Origin: Cyanobacteria bacterium P01_D01_bin.156
Lineage (GTDB): Bacteria > Cyanobacteriota > Cyanobacteriia > Phormidesmidales > Phormidesmidaceae
Assembly: GCA_039024555.1 (NCBI GenBank)
Contig: JBCCQQ010000056.1
Coordinates: 1 to 41,749, forward strand
DNA length: 41,749 nucleotides
Direction of reading: 5' to 3'
Shown: positions 28,971-39,262 of the stretch, piece by piece
Layout: each line of letters starts with the position of its first letter
Position numbering within the stretch: position 1 is the first letter of the stretch
The notes under the pieces: model-generated
What the model was told of the DNA's origin: nothing
Database searches by the model: none
The model's input: the letters and a program-made list of their open reading frames with translations, nothing else
Program-made: the position numbers and the translations under genes

Positions 28971-30056
28971 CTAATGTTTCACGGAGACAATTGTTTCCAC
29001 GACTCGCCGAATCCCCTGCACCACATTCAAAAACGCCTCATCCTGGTCATTCCATCGGGTAATCGGTTTCGCATCCTTAGGCAATGCCTGTAACTTCTCC
29101 AACGGTGTTCCCTTAAAGTCTACCGGTTTCAAAATAATCGGGATCACCCTTGCCGTTCCAGTTTTGTGGCGTTCCATGGCATGGGCCAGCTCAATGTCAT
29201 TGATATAATCCGACGCCATAAATCGAGGCGTTACCAACAATAAAATTATTTGAGCCTTTTCCAACGCAGTTTTGATTTTATCGTCCCATTCTGTTCCTGC
29301 TTCAATGGAACGATCCTGCCAGGGTTTAATCTTGTTCTGTCGCTTTAGCGTCGATAGATGAACCTCTAGTTCTTCCTTGAGCTCCTCATCTCGATGGGAG
29401 TAGGAAATAAACACATTTAAGGGCTGATTGGGGTTGGTTCCACTTTTTTTACTCACGGGTGACGGCTGGCTGGTTGAAGTACTCGTCGCCCTAGATGGGG
29501 CGTCACTTTGCAACAATATGGGCAAATCTTCATCCCCGGCTCCACTCAAAGCCATGGCGGATTTGCCCAGTTCAAAGGCAAACTCCACAGATTCTCCATT
29601 CCCCAAGGCATCGTAAAAGCCCACTGAAAATTCAATGGCAGCGCGATCGTTTACGCTATCCTGCATACCGATAACGTAGGGAATATGAGCCGAAATAGCC
29701 TCTGCCTGAGCTTCGGAGTAGCAGCCATTCAACACCACACAGGTTACCTGGGCCTTGAACAGCTTAAACAAATTGGCCAGGGCGTCTCCGGTAATTAGTT
29801 GGGCATTGCCGACATTGTCCTCAAAATATAAGCCCGCTGCCCCTTCTCCATGGCCGGAAAAATGAACAATCTGCGGTTTTTCATCCAGCATGGCCCGCTG
29901 AAGATCGCGGGGGCGCACAGCCCAGCGCTGGGTAATGGCAAATTCATCCCGATGCTTAGCCCGTTCTAGACCGGCACTGATATCTCGGACTTCTTCGTCT
30001 AAACGTAACCGTGTAGTACCGTTAGGATTGGCCGCAAGAATCAGGATTTTAGGCAT
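28971..30056 (-). CDS. CHAT (caspase-like) peptidase plus C-terminal TIR domain protein
   Basis: Likely ATG at 30056 (MPKILILAANP). The CHAT dyad IVHFSGHG / VLNGCYS is intact. An S/T/P linker leads to a TIR, VFISYSHRD...ASDYINDIEL. Confidence 0.9.
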   Translation of the reverse strand: MPKILILAANPNGTTRLRLDEEVRDISAGLERAKHRDEFAITQRWAVRPRDLQRAMLDEKPQIVHFSGHGEGAAGLYFEDNVGNAQLITGDALANLFKLFKAQVTCVVLNGCYSEAQAEAISAHIPYVIGMQDSVNDRAAIEFSVGFYDALGNGESVEFAFELGKSAMALSGAGDEDLPILLQSDAPSRATSTSTSQPSPVSKKSGTNPNQPLNVFISYSHRDEELKEELEVHLSTLKRQNKIKPWQDRSIEAGTEWDDKIKTALEKAQIILLLVTPRFMASDYINDIELAHAMERHKTGTARVIPIILKPVDFKGTPLEKLQALPKDAKPITRWNDQDEAFLNVVQGIRRVVETIVSVKH

Positions 30057-30153
30057 TAATCGAGCGTGGATCAATTCGCTCTTACTATAGCCTGTGTGGT
30101 TTTCTGGGTCAGGGCCTAGAAAGCTAACGTCATGTTTCAATGGTTACTTATGA

Positions 30154-30187
30154 CTCAAAGCCCCCAGAATTAGGTTTTTTGGGGGCC
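30154..30187 (+). repeat. Dispersed repeat copy between the CHAT-TIR and RND genes
   Basis: CTCAAAGCCCCCAGAATTAGGTTTTTTGGGGGCC belongs to the same family as the copies near 20340 and 22515. Confidence 0.65.
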
Positions 30188-30197
30188 ATCAATCATC

Positions 30198-33100
30198 TTA
30201 CACACCTGTTTCGGTCATCTCCCGCTCGTAGACAATCAGCTCATCCTCTGGATCGTCCGGTGGCCCAAAGGATTCGCTTAGGGCCTTGAACACAATGTAT
30301 AAAATCGGCACCACAAACAAACTTAGGAAGGTGGCCACAAACATACCGCCAAAGACGGCTGTTCCCAAGGATTGACGACTCCCGGCACCCGCACCCGTAG
30401 CAACCACTAACGGAAAAATACTACTCAGGGTGGAAATCGCCGTCATCAAAATTGGTCGCATCCGTGACTGGGCCGCTTCCAAGGATGCTTTAACAATGGG
30501 TAATCCCTGGTCTCGCATCTGGTTGGCAAACTCCACAATTAAAATGGAGTTTTTACTGGCTAGACCAATTAACATAACCAGACCAATCTGGCAGTACACA
30601 TCGTTGGGCAGACCGCGCATAGACTGGGCCAGCAAGGCACCAAATACGGCTAACGGTACCGCAAACAGAATAATTACCGGGTCTACATAGCTCTCGTACT
30701 GGGCGGCTAGCACCAGAAATACAAAGATAATACCCAGGCCAAAGATAATGGGGGCCTGACTGCCGGAGTCGATCTCTTCTAAGGCACTGCCGGTCCATTC
30801 ATAGCCAAGGCTGGCGGGTAGTACCTGGGCAGCGACGTCTTCCATGGTGTCAATAGCGGCACCGGAACTTACACCGGGAGCAGCCTGCCCGTTAATTTCA
30901 ATGGACCGGAAGAGATTATAGTGGTTGATGGTTTGAGCCCCTGTGGTCTCTTTGAGACTCACCAGATTCCCCATGGGAATCATGACATCGTTATTGGAAC
31001 GCACATAGAGTTTGTTAATGTCATCAGGGGCAGAACGATACTGTTGATCGGCCTGGACATAAACTCGATAGGTGCGTCCCTGCAGGGTAAAGTCATTGAC
31101 GTAGCGAGAACCTAAATAGGTTTGCAGGGTACCAAAGACCTCATCAATATCGACATCAAGGGCTTTAGCTTTGTCCCGATCCACATCGATTTCGATGAGG
31201 GGAGAGTTAGCGGCATAGGTGCTAAATACGGCCTGCAGGTTGGGGTTTTGGTTAGCGGCCCCCAGCAGACCAAACATATTTTGCACTAGGGTATCGATGC
31301 TCAGGTTACCGCGCCGGTCCTGCAGCTGAAACTGGAATCCACTAAAGCTGCTCAGACCTTGAATGGCCGGAGGGTTGACTGGAAAGACTCGGGCTTCGGT
31401 AATTTGAGAAAACTGACCAAACAGCTGATTAATCAGACTGAACGATGTTACTCCCGGTGGTCGTTCTTCCCAAGGGACCAGGGTAGTAAAGACAACGCCA
31501 TTGTTGGCAGTGTTACCGCTAAAGCTAAAACCACCCACGGCAAAGGTGGCCCGCACACCCTCCTGAGCCAAAATAGTCTCTTCGACCTGGCGCATCACCT
31601 TACTGGTCTGATTTAGGGAGCTACCTTCAGGCCCCTGAATCAGGGTAATAAAGTAGCCCTGGTCTTCGTCGGGCAAAAATGCAGAAGGTACGCTGTTGTA
31701 CAGCCAGCCAGTTAAGACAAGGGAGGCGACAAAGGCGGCTAAAACAAAGATTTTTAAATTATTGAGAACCCGTAGGGCATGGCCGTATCGGTTCGTCAGA
31801 TTATCTAAAAAGCGGTTAAAGGGGATAAAGATACGGTCTAAAATGCCATGACCACCGGTCTGCTGACGTAACAACAATCCGGACAAGGTAGGGGTTAAGG
31901 TTAAGGCATTAAAGGTGGAGAGTGCGATCGCAAAGGCAATGGTCAACGCAAACTGACGGTATAGCGCGCCGGTTGTCCCTGGAAAAAATGCCACCGGAAT
32001 AAACACAGCCATTAACACCAAAGAAGTGGCAATGACGGCCCCCGTTAGTTCCCGCATGGACTCAATGGCTGCCTGTTTTGGTGGGAGACCACGCTTTTGA
32101 ATTTTAGACGAGATATCTTCGACCACCACAATGGCGTCATCCACCACCATGCCTGTCGCCAAGGTCAAACCAAACAGGGTAAGGCTATTAATGGAGAAGC
32201 CAAAGATTTTCACAATGGCAAATGTCCCAATCAGGGCCACTGGAATCGTAATAGCCGGGATTAAGGTGGTGCGCCAGTCCTGGAGAAAGAGATAAATTAC
32301 CAGTACCACCAGGGCAACCGCCTGAATTAGCGTCCACACGACGCGAGACAACGACTGCTGTACAAATTCTGTGGTATCAAAGCCAATGCCGTACTCCATT
32401 CCCTGGGGAAATTCTGCTGACAGCTCGGCCATCACATCTTTAATGCCCTGGGCCACCTGCAACGCATTACTCCCCGGCAGTTGGAAAATCCCCAAGCCGA
32501 CAGACTCATTTCCCCTAAACCGCAGAAATGTGCTGTAGCTTTCGGCGCCCAATTCTGCTCGCCCCACATCCTTTAGTTTGATCAGGGCACCATTCTCTCC
32601 AGTTTGGATGACTAGATCTTCAAATTCAGACACCTCTTGTAAACGGCTTACCGCCCGTAGGTCAATCTGAAATGTTTGGTCACTGGGAGAGGGCGGCTGG
32701 CCGATTTGGCCAGCACCAATTTGAATATTCTGTTCCCGTAGGGCTTCTACCACATCATCCGCCGTTAAATCCCGACTGGCCAGTCGCTGCGGATCGAGCC
32801 ATAGACGCATGGCATAGGTACGTTCTCCAAAGATCACCACATCCCCCACTCCAGGGACCCGACGCAGGGCATCCACAATGTAGAGATCGGCGTAGTTACT
32901 CAAGAAAACATTATCAAAGGTGCCATCTTCTGAAAACAGACTCATGGCTAGCAGAATATTACTATTCTGTTTCGACACAACCACACCCGTCTGACGCACC
33001 TCTTCCGGTAGCTGTGGTTCAGCCAAAGAGACTCGATTTTGTACGTCTACCGCTGCAATATCTTTGTCTCGACTGGAGTCAAAGGTAACAACAATATTGC

Positions 33101-33362
33101 TCACACCGTTGTTACTACTGTTAGAAGAGATATAGCGCATCCCTTCCACCCCGTTAATTTCCCGCTCCAGAACTGTGGTCACAGCCTTTTCCACGGTCTC
33201 AGCATCGGCACCGATATAGCTAGCCGTCACATTAATCTGGGTAGGACTAATATCTGGATATTGAGCAATGGGCAGTGTGGGAATACTGACAGCACCAATC
33301 AGTAGGATGATAATGGCGCAAACAGTGGAAAAGACAGGTCGTTTAATAAAATAGTTGACCAT
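30198..33362 (-). CDS. RND efflux transporter permease (HAE1/AcrB family)
   Basis: 1054 aa with FIKRPVF, PIAQYPDI.P, GMVVDDAIVVVE, IGLASKNSILIVEFA and RMRPILMT. Confidence 0.96.
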   Translation of the reverse strand: MVNYFIKRPVFSTVCAIIILLIGAVSIPTLPIAQYPDISPTQINVTASYIGADAETVEKAVTTVLEREINGVEGMRYISSNSSNNGVSNIVVTFDSSRDKDIAAVDVQNRVSLAEPQLPEEVRQTGVVVSKQNSNILLAMSLFSEDGTFDNVFLSNYADLYIVDALRRVPGVGDVVIFGERTYAMRLWLDPQRLASRDLTADDVVEALREQNIQIGAGQIGQPPSPSDQTFQIDLRAVSRLQEVSEFEDLVIQTGENGALIKLKDVGRAELGAESYSTFLRFRGNESVGLGIFQLPGSNALQVAQGIKDVMAELSAEFPQGMEYGIGFDTTEFVQQSLSRVVWTLIQAVALVVLVIYLFLQDWRTTLIPAITIPVALIGTFAIVKIFGFSINSLTLFGLTLATGMVVDDAIVVVEDISSKIQKRGLPPKQAAIESMRELTGAVIATSLVLMAVFIPVAFFPGTTGALYRQFALTIAFAIALSTFNALTLTPTLSGLLLRQQTGGHGILDRIFIPFNRFLDNLTNRYGHALRVLNNLKIFVLAAFVASLVLTGWLYNSVPSAFLPDEDQGYFITLIQGPEGSSLNQTSKVMRQVEETILAQEGVRATFAVGGFSFSGNTANNGVVFTTLVPWEERPPGVTSFSLINQLFGQFSQITEARVFPVNPPAIQGLSSFSGFQFQLQDRRGNLSIDTLVQNMFGLLGAANQNPNLQAVFSTYAANSPLIEIDVDRDKAKALDVDIDEVFGTLQTYLGSRYVNDFTLQGRTYRVYVQADQQYRSAPDDINKLYVRSNNDVMIPMGNLVSLKETTGAQTINHYNLFRSIEINGQAAPGVSSGAAIDTMEDVAAQVLPASLGYEWTGSALEEIDSGSQAPIIFGLGIIFVFLVLAAQYESYVDPVIILFAVPLAVFGALLAQSMRGLPNDVYCQIGLVMLIGLASKNSILIVEFANQMRDQGLPIVKASLEAAQSRMRPILMTAISTLSSIFPLVVATGAGAGSRQSLGTAVFGGMFVATFLSLFVVPILYIVFKALSESFGPPDDPEDELIVYEREMTETGV

Positions 33363-33501
33363 GGGGAATGCCTTGGGAATGGGCTAACGAAGGGTAGCGT
33401 TAGAGAGTATCTAGAAATAAAAAATGTATGGACTAGCCTGGTGCTTGCCCTGAAGAATGTAGGAGCTTGCCTTATGCTCGCCGCTCTAGCGCAGGTTTCT
33501 A

Positions 33502-34860
33502 TCAGGAAGACCCGGCTGCCTCTGCCGTTTCTTCCTGGGGGGCGATAGGTACACCATCCTGTAAATTTAGTAAGCCAGTGGTGACAATTTCTTCCCCTGG
33601 AGACAGCCCGTCTAATACCTGAAAACTGTTGCCCTGCATGCCTCCCAAGGTGACGGGGCGCAATTCTGCCACAGGTCCTTCCATGGCAGGTTGTCCATCT
33701 TGAGGGGGTGGGGCATCGGCAGCCACATACACAAACGATTGCCCCCCTAGGCGAGTAATAGCCATAGCCGGCACCAATAACCCTGGACGTTCATCCAAGA
33801 CAATGCTCACATCTACCCGCTGATTGTCCTGTAACCGTCCACCAAAATTATCAAACCGGGCCTTAGCTAAAACGGTTTGAGTGGCGGCATCGGTTTGAGG
33901 AGAAATAAAGCTAATGGACCCCGTGGCCTCGGGGATATCTGCTCCAAAGGTGGATATCTGAACAGGCATGCCCAGCTGAATCTCATTAACTTGTTCAGCC
34001 GGAATATCAATCTCTAGTTCCAACACTTCATTTTGAGTGATGGTGGTCAGGGTACCGCCCGGTTGCACAAAGTCCCCTAGCTCTACAGGAATATTACCCA
34101 CCACTCCAGCAATCGGCGCTGTGACGGTTTTGTCGAGTAAATCTTCACGGGTGGCTGAGGCGATTGCCTGGGCCTGACTAAATAGGGCTTCGGTCTGCTC
34201 TAGACTAGCTTGGGCCGCTGAAATTTCTTCTTTTGCCGCATTTAGGGAAGCTAGAGCAGCATCGCGATCGCGCTCTACCTCATCAAGGTCCTGCTGAGAC
34301 TGAGCCCCTGCCTCTACCAACCGTCGAGTCCGATCAAATTCGGTATCCTGCAGTTTGACATCTGCTTCAATACTGATTCGCTGAGCGACTAAAGACTGCA
34401 AGCGAGCCCTGGCATTATCGCGAGCCGATTGGGATGCACTCACATTGGCCAACGCTGCACTCAGTTCAGCCTGGAAGCGTTCGGCACTGAGTTCCATAAC
34501 TGGGTCACCCACAGCTACCCGATCACCGGACGACACATAGATGCGGGTAATTCGACCGCTAGCTTCGGGCTGTAAAATCACCCCAGTCTGAGCATCCAGC
34601 GTACCGACAAAGGACGCCTGGTCCTGCAGCGTGGTCAGCTGCATATTTTCTAAGGTGACCGGCACACCGCCCCCCATGGGCATGCCTGGAGATCCCCCGC
34701 TTTGGCCCAAAAAACGCCATAGAGCAAATCCGCCACCTGCCAGCAGCACCAATGCCGATAACCAAACCAGCCAGTTATTAGGCCTTGAACGTGACGATGC
34801 CAGTGAAGCCTCAAAGGAAGATCCTTCCTCCACTGTTGAAGAGCCAGAATGTGAAGTCAT
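33502..34860 (-). CDS. RND efflux periplasmic adaptor (membrane fusion protein)
   Basis: N-terminal TM, lipoyl halves (GRIT.IYV.SGDRV..GD; APIAGVVG) around a long coiled coil, and a C-terminal VLDGL.PGE.IVT.G. It lies directly upstream of the RND permease. Confidence 0.93.
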   Translation of the reverse strand: MTSHSGSSTVEEGSSFEASLASSRSRPNNWLVWLSALVLLAGGGFALWRFLGQSGGSPGMPMGGGVPVTLENMQLTTLQDQASFVGTLDAQTGVILQPEASGRITRIYVSSGDRVAVGDPVMELSAERFQAELSAALANVSASQSARDNARARLQSLVAQRISIEADVKLQDTEFDRTRRLVEAGAQSQQDLDEVERDRDAALASLNAAKEEISAAQASLEQTEALFSQAQAIASATREDLLDKTVTAPIAGVVGNIPVELGDFVQPGGTLTTITQNEVLELEIDIPAEQVNEIQLGMPVQISTFGADIPEATGSISFISPQTDAATQTVLAKARFDNFGGRLQDNQRVDVSIVLDERPGLLVPAMAITRLGGQSFVYVAADAPPPQDGQPAMEGPVAELRPVTLGGMQGNSFQVLDGLSPGEEIVTTGLLNLQDGVPIAPQEETAEAAGSS

Positions 34861-35648
34861 AAAAAGTACGAGATAACAAACAGAGTTATCCAGAAATAGC
34901 TAGCAGCGTACAAAATGCTATTGTTCTAAATTATTGAACTTTCTAATTAAAGAGAATACATGATTGCCGACAGTATTGACTATGGCTAAAGGCAGATATT
35001 TTAAGAGGATATGCTTTAGCTGTATCCTAGCGTTTTTTCCAGAAACCTTGTTGGCAAAAAAATATCCTCAATCAAACGGCATTCCACGAGAGATGTCTAT
35101 ACCACCTGCACGGAGCTGCTGAGCTTAGGTACATTGTCACGTGAGTTCAACTAGTGCTAAAGCCCCCAAAACTCTCCAGTAGCCCCCCTAAAAGAAAGCT
35201 TCAAAGTTTACCAGAGTAGTATGGCCTAGAGTCTTTCAAAAAAAATTTCTATTGCTAAATTAAAGAATAAACTGGCTTGACAACAATCGACTATACCAGG
35301 GCCTTTCAGAAAAGTTCATTCTAAGGAAAAACACCATATCCATCTTGGTTATGGAGCCAGAGCTGTAAAGAGCGTGTCTATTTTTTTACCTTAGCGTATC
35401 AACACTGCTTTGTGGATGTTTCTCTTGTATAAAGAGTATGAGCAAAATCGATACACCACAGCGGCAGCTAAAAAACCGTCTCTGCTATGGGTATCTATAA
35501 TACTTTTGGTATTTGTAACGAGGCTCAGAATGGGGGACTTTTGCTGTTCTTCACTTAGCCAGTGACACAACAGTGACCTTGCAAAAACATGCAAGACAGG
35601 CATCCTCAATCTCACGTAGGCTAATGGGGTCCTTAATCTATTTTTTCT

Positions 35649-36368
35649 ATGACCACGGTGTCTAAATTGACTCCCTGGAGAGAGTTCTGGGCTGGTGCCC
35701 AACAAACTCTGCCTCTGATTGTTGGTGCGATTCCCTTTGGTATTATCTTTGGCACTCTTGCTCAATCTAGCGGTCTCTCTTTTAGTGGAGCCATGGGTAT
35801 GTCGGCAATTGTTTTTGCGGGGTCTTCCCAATTTATTGCGCTAGGACTGTTGGCAACAGGTACCCCCCTTGGCATTATTGTTCTCACCACATGGGTCGTT
35901 AACCTACGGCATCTGCTATATGCTGTCACGCTAGTTCCCTACGTTAAACATTTGAGTCAGGCTTGGAAGCTCCCCTTGGGTTTTTGGTTAACCGATGAAA
36001 ACTTTATGGTAGCGATCCAACGCTATCACCAGGATGATTTATCTCCCTACAAGCACTGGTTTCAACTGGGCTCGGCGGTGGCAATGTATGTCAACTGGCA
36101 GCTATGCACCCTGTTGGGGCTCACTCTGGGGCAAACGATTCCCAATGCGGCAACCTGGGGTCTGGACTTTGCCATGGTGGCCACATTTATTGGCATGACG
36201 GTGCCCTATCTGAGCAGTCGACCGATGGTGGCCACGGTGATAACAGCCGGAACCATATCTTTACTGGCTAGAAACCTCCCCCATCAGTTGGGCTTAATGG
36301 TGGCTGCGATCGCAGCAATCCTCATCGGCATGATTATGGAAACCTATCTAGAGAAAAAACATGCTTAA
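35649..36368 (+). CDS. azlC: AzlC family branched-chain amino acid exporter, large subunit
   Basis: [27 protein letters not shown] and GLDFAM..TFI motifs. Confidence 0.92.
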   Translation: MTTVSKLTPWREFWAGAQQTLPLIVGAIPFGIIFGTLAQSSGLSFSGAMGMSAIVFAGSSQFIALGLLATGTPLGIIVLTTWVVNLRHLLYAVTLVPYVKHLSQAWKLPLGFWLTDENFMVAIQRYHQDDLSPYKHWFQLGSAVAMYVNWQLCTLLGLTLGQTIPNAATWGLDFAMVATFIGMTVPYLSSRPMVATVITAGTISLLARNLPHQLGLMVAAIAAILIGMIMETYLEKKHA

Positions 36369-36699
36369 TAACAGTGAGATTATGCTCCTCGGGGGCATGA
36401 CCCTAGTGACGTTTTTAATTCGCTACCCCCTGTTAGCCATCAGCGATCGCATTATCCTGCCCCCTAGGTTGTTGCAGGCGCTGAACTATGTGCCTCCAGC
36501 AGTTCTCACCGCTATTGTTCTACCCTCAATTTTAGTGCAGGATAACGAGCTCTGGATTCATCCCACCAACCCTCGTCTCATCGGAGCCCTAGCGGCCCTC
36601 AGTATCGGTTTGTGGAAGAAAAACCTACTCTTTACCATTCTTGTAGGTATGGGCGTTTTTCTCTCATGGCAAGGGCTGCTCGATCAGGTTGTTCCATAG
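36361..36699 (+). CDS. azlD: AzlD family small subunit
   Basis: [20 protein letters not shown] and TILVGM motifs; overlaps the end of azlC. Confidence 0.9.
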   Translation: MLNNSEIMLLGGMTLVTFLIRYPLLAISDRIILPPRLLQALNYVPPAVLTAIVLPSILVQDNELWIHPTNPRLIGALAALSIGLWKKNLLFTILVGMGVFLSWQGLLDQVVP

Positions 36700-36820
36700 A
36701 CTCACCCATTGCTTTAGACCATAGATGATCCGTAAGGTCTAGTGGGCATTCTGACGGAGTGCACTACGAACCGTTAATCATTCATCATTGTCGCCATTCC
36801 TGAAGTCAAACCAGGCCACC

Positions 36821-39262
36821 ATGACCCATGCACCGTCCCTTAGACTATTCCCACGCAGCAATCACGGCACGACCCAGCCATCTGCACCTGGGGCATGGCA
36901 CAGGGCATGGCCGCGTTGGATAAACCGAGGGCTAGTGCTGAGTATGGCCCTGGGCATTAGTGTTACCGGTTATTGGAGCTACCGGGTTGTTCGAGGACTG
37001 TTGCTCAGTAACATTAAACGCAATGTTTTACTACAGCTAGAACAGCGCACTGACACCTTGGATCAATGGCTGATTCAGCGTAAATCAGAAGTGGCTAGCA
37101 TTGCCAATACGCCATCGCTGCGAGCGATGGAGTGGACCACTGCAGAGCCCTTTTTACAGTCAGAAGTCACCCGTATCCCGGGCTTCTACTTTTTTGCCAT
37201 GATTAGCCCTGACGGCTCCTATTACAACACTAAAGTCGGATATGCCAAGGGTAAAAATCTCAAAGATCGACGCCACGTGCAGGAAGCACTTAAAGGGAAT
37301 ATCTATGTTTCGGACCCGGTCCTTTCTAGGACATTAGATATTCCCATCGTGGCGGTCACCTCTCCGATTTGGGCCGATGCTACCCAATCCACAGATCCCA
37401 TCGGGGTTACAGCTGGGCTGATTGACATTAAACAGCTAGAACGGGAAGTTACAGCCATTGAGTATGGAGCCAACAGCTATGCCTTTGCCCTAAATTCCAC
37501 TGGGCTACCCATTGTTCATCCTGATAAAACGGTGATGAGCACCCTCAATGACGCTGAACCCATCAGCTTTGTTGAGAATGATGATCCGGTCCTAGCCACC
37601 CTTGCCCAGCAAATGGTAGCAGGTCGCAGGAATCTAGAATTGACGACATTAAACGGCCAACCTGTCTATGTGGCCTATATGCCCATTCAGGAAGCAAACT
37701 GGTCCCTGGCCTTGGTGATCCCTCGTCAGAACATTGAATCCCAACTGCAGTTGCTCAATGTGATGGCTGTCCTAATTTTGGGGCTAGTGGCCTCTATGCT
37801 ACTGGGGCTATGGCGGGTGCAACAGTTTAAGCAACAACAGCTGCGTAAGTCTAAAGAACTAGCAGATTCTGCAAACCAGGCCAAAAGCGAGTTTTTAGCA
37901 AACATGAGCCATGAGTTGCGCACCCCCCTCAATGGCATCCTAGGCTACGCACAGATTCTGTTGCGATCGCAACACCTTAGCGATCGCGACCAGCAGGGTT
38001 TAAAGGTGATTCATCAGTGTGGTTCTCACCTCCTGACCCTCATCAATGATGTCCTTGACTTAGCTAAAATTGAAGCTCGTAAGCTGACATTAGACCCCAG
38101 AGAAGCCCATTTAGGAGCTCTGCTACAGAGCGTAGTGGAGATTGGTCAGATTCAAGCCGATCAAAAAAACATCGAATTTCGATACATTTTTGACAAAACA
38201 CTCCCCACAGGCATCGTCACCGACGTTAAGCGCCTACGTCAGGTATTACTTAATCTGCTCAGCAATGCCATCAAATTCACCGACAATGGACAGGTTACCC
38301 TGCGAGTGAAACGCATAGACGGATCAGGCTGCCAGCTCAAGTTTGCAGTGGAAGATACTGGCATTGGCATTTCCCCAGAACAGTGCCAACAGATTTTTGC
38401 CCCCTTTGAACAAGTGGGTCATCAGAAAAAGCAAGCTGAAGGAACCGGATTGGGATTGGCCATTAGTCAACAAATTGTCACCCTAATGGGAGGGAGCATC
38501 CAAGTACATAGCCAAGTCAACCAAGGCAGCACGTTTGAATTCACAATTCCCATCTCCCACTGTCAAGATTGGACACAGGCCAATACTCTCCTAAAGGAGA
38601 ACACCATTACCGGTTACAAAGGCCCCGTACGCCATATTTTAGTGGTAGATGATCGCTGGGAAAATCGCGCTGTGTTAACAAATCTGTTAACCGATATTGG
38701 CTTTGAAATTACTGAAGCAACGCATGGTCAAGAGGCCCTTGAAAAACTTGATCATTGCCAGCCCGATGTCATTATTACCGATCTCGTCATGCCGGTAATG
38801 GATGGCTTTGAACTCATTAAACAGCTGCGCCAGATGGAGACTTGGAAAACTCGACCCATTATTGCGTCTTCTGCCAGCGTTAGTGCCATTGATGAACACA
38901 ACAGTTTACTTGCCGGCAGTAATGAATTCTTACCTAAACCTGTACAGACCGACAACCTGTTTAAAGTTCTCCAAACCTATCTTAAGTTGACCTGGCTCTA
39001 TGCTCCACCCACGTCTACGTCTGAATCCATTAGCCCCTCTGCCAGCCTTCACTTCCCCCCTGAGGAGACTCTTAAATCTTTGTACCATCTAGCACTTCAG
39101 GGAAATCTCAAAAAGGTAAAACAGCAAGTAGAGCAGCTAATCGAAACAGATGCTACTTACAGTGTGTTTGCTCAAAAAATTCAACATTTTGTCACCGGCT
39201 TCCAAGAACAAGAACTCACTCGGTTTCTTAAAGATGCCCTTGAGCAAGCCGAGCATGCATGA
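36821..39262 (+). CDS. Hybrid histidine kinase with dCache sensor, HisKA, HATPase and REC
   Basis: Likely ATG at 36821. Cache motifs (DRRH...AL.G..YVSDP..SR; YAF.LN..G..IVHP; NWSL.LVIP), [15 protein letters not shown] and TDLVMP. Confidence 0.93.
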   Translation: MTHAPSLRLFPRSNHGTTQPSAPGAWHRAWPRWINRGLVLSMALGISVTGYWSYRVVRGLLLSNIKRNVLLQLEQRTDTLDQWLIQRKSEVASIANTPSLRAMEWTTAEPFLQSEVTRIPGFYFFAMISPDGSYYNTKVGYAKGKNLKDRRHVQEALKGNIYVSDPVLSRTLDIPIVAVTSPIWADATQSTDPIGVTAGLIDIKQLEREVTAIEYGANSYAFALNSTGLPIVHPDKTVMSTLNDAEPISFVENDDPVLATLAQQMVAGRRNLELTTLNGQPVYVAYMPIQEANWSLALVIPRQNIESQLQLLNVMAVLILGLVASMLLGLWRVQQFKQQQLRKSKELADSANQAKSEFLANMSHELRTPLNGILGYAQILLRSQHLSDRDQQGLKVIHQCGSHLLTLINDVLDLAKIEARKLTLDPREAHLGALLQSVVEIGQIQADQKNIEFRYIFDKTLPTGIVTDVKRLRQVLLNLLSNAIKFTDNGQVTLRVKRIDGSGCQLKFAVEDTGIGISPEQCQQIFAPFEQVGHQKKQAEGTGLGLAISQQIVTLMGGSIQVHSQVNQGSTFEFTIPISHCQDWTQANTLLKENTITGYKGPVRHILVVDDRWENRAVLTNLLTDIGFEITEATHGQEALEKLDHCQPDVIITDLVMPVMDGFELIKQLRQMETWKTRPIIASSASVSAIDEHNSLLAGSNEFLPKPVQTDNLFKVLQTYLKLTWLYAPPTSTSESISPSASLHFPPEETLKSLYHLALQGNLKKVKQQVEQLIETDATYSVFAQKIQHFVTGFQEQELTRFLKDALEQAEHA

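Noticed and set aside
23307..30056. Thoeris, CBASS or Avs assignment for the TIR genes
   Set aside because: No ThsA (SIR2/Macro-SLOG), cyclase or active STAND-TPR protein is present. The P-loop lacks its Lys, and the MoxR-vWA context points to a ternary system.
30057..30140. Longer N-termini given by the ORF track (also 25423, 26892, 9540, 36788 and 41487)
   Set aside because: Downstream ATGs coincide with domain starts or with translational coupling, so the extensions are probably not translated.
30198..34860. RND pump lacking an outer-membrane factor gene
   Set aside because: This is normal in cyanobacteria, which typically share a TolC-like protein encoded elsewhere.
34861..35648. 790-bp divergent intergenic region checked for ncRNA or riboswitch
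   Set aside because: No tRNA, T-box, riboswitch consensus or strong hairpin is recognisable by eye.
35391..35831. 146-aa minus-strand ORF
   Set aside because: It overlaps azlC antisense and has no recognisable features or RBS.
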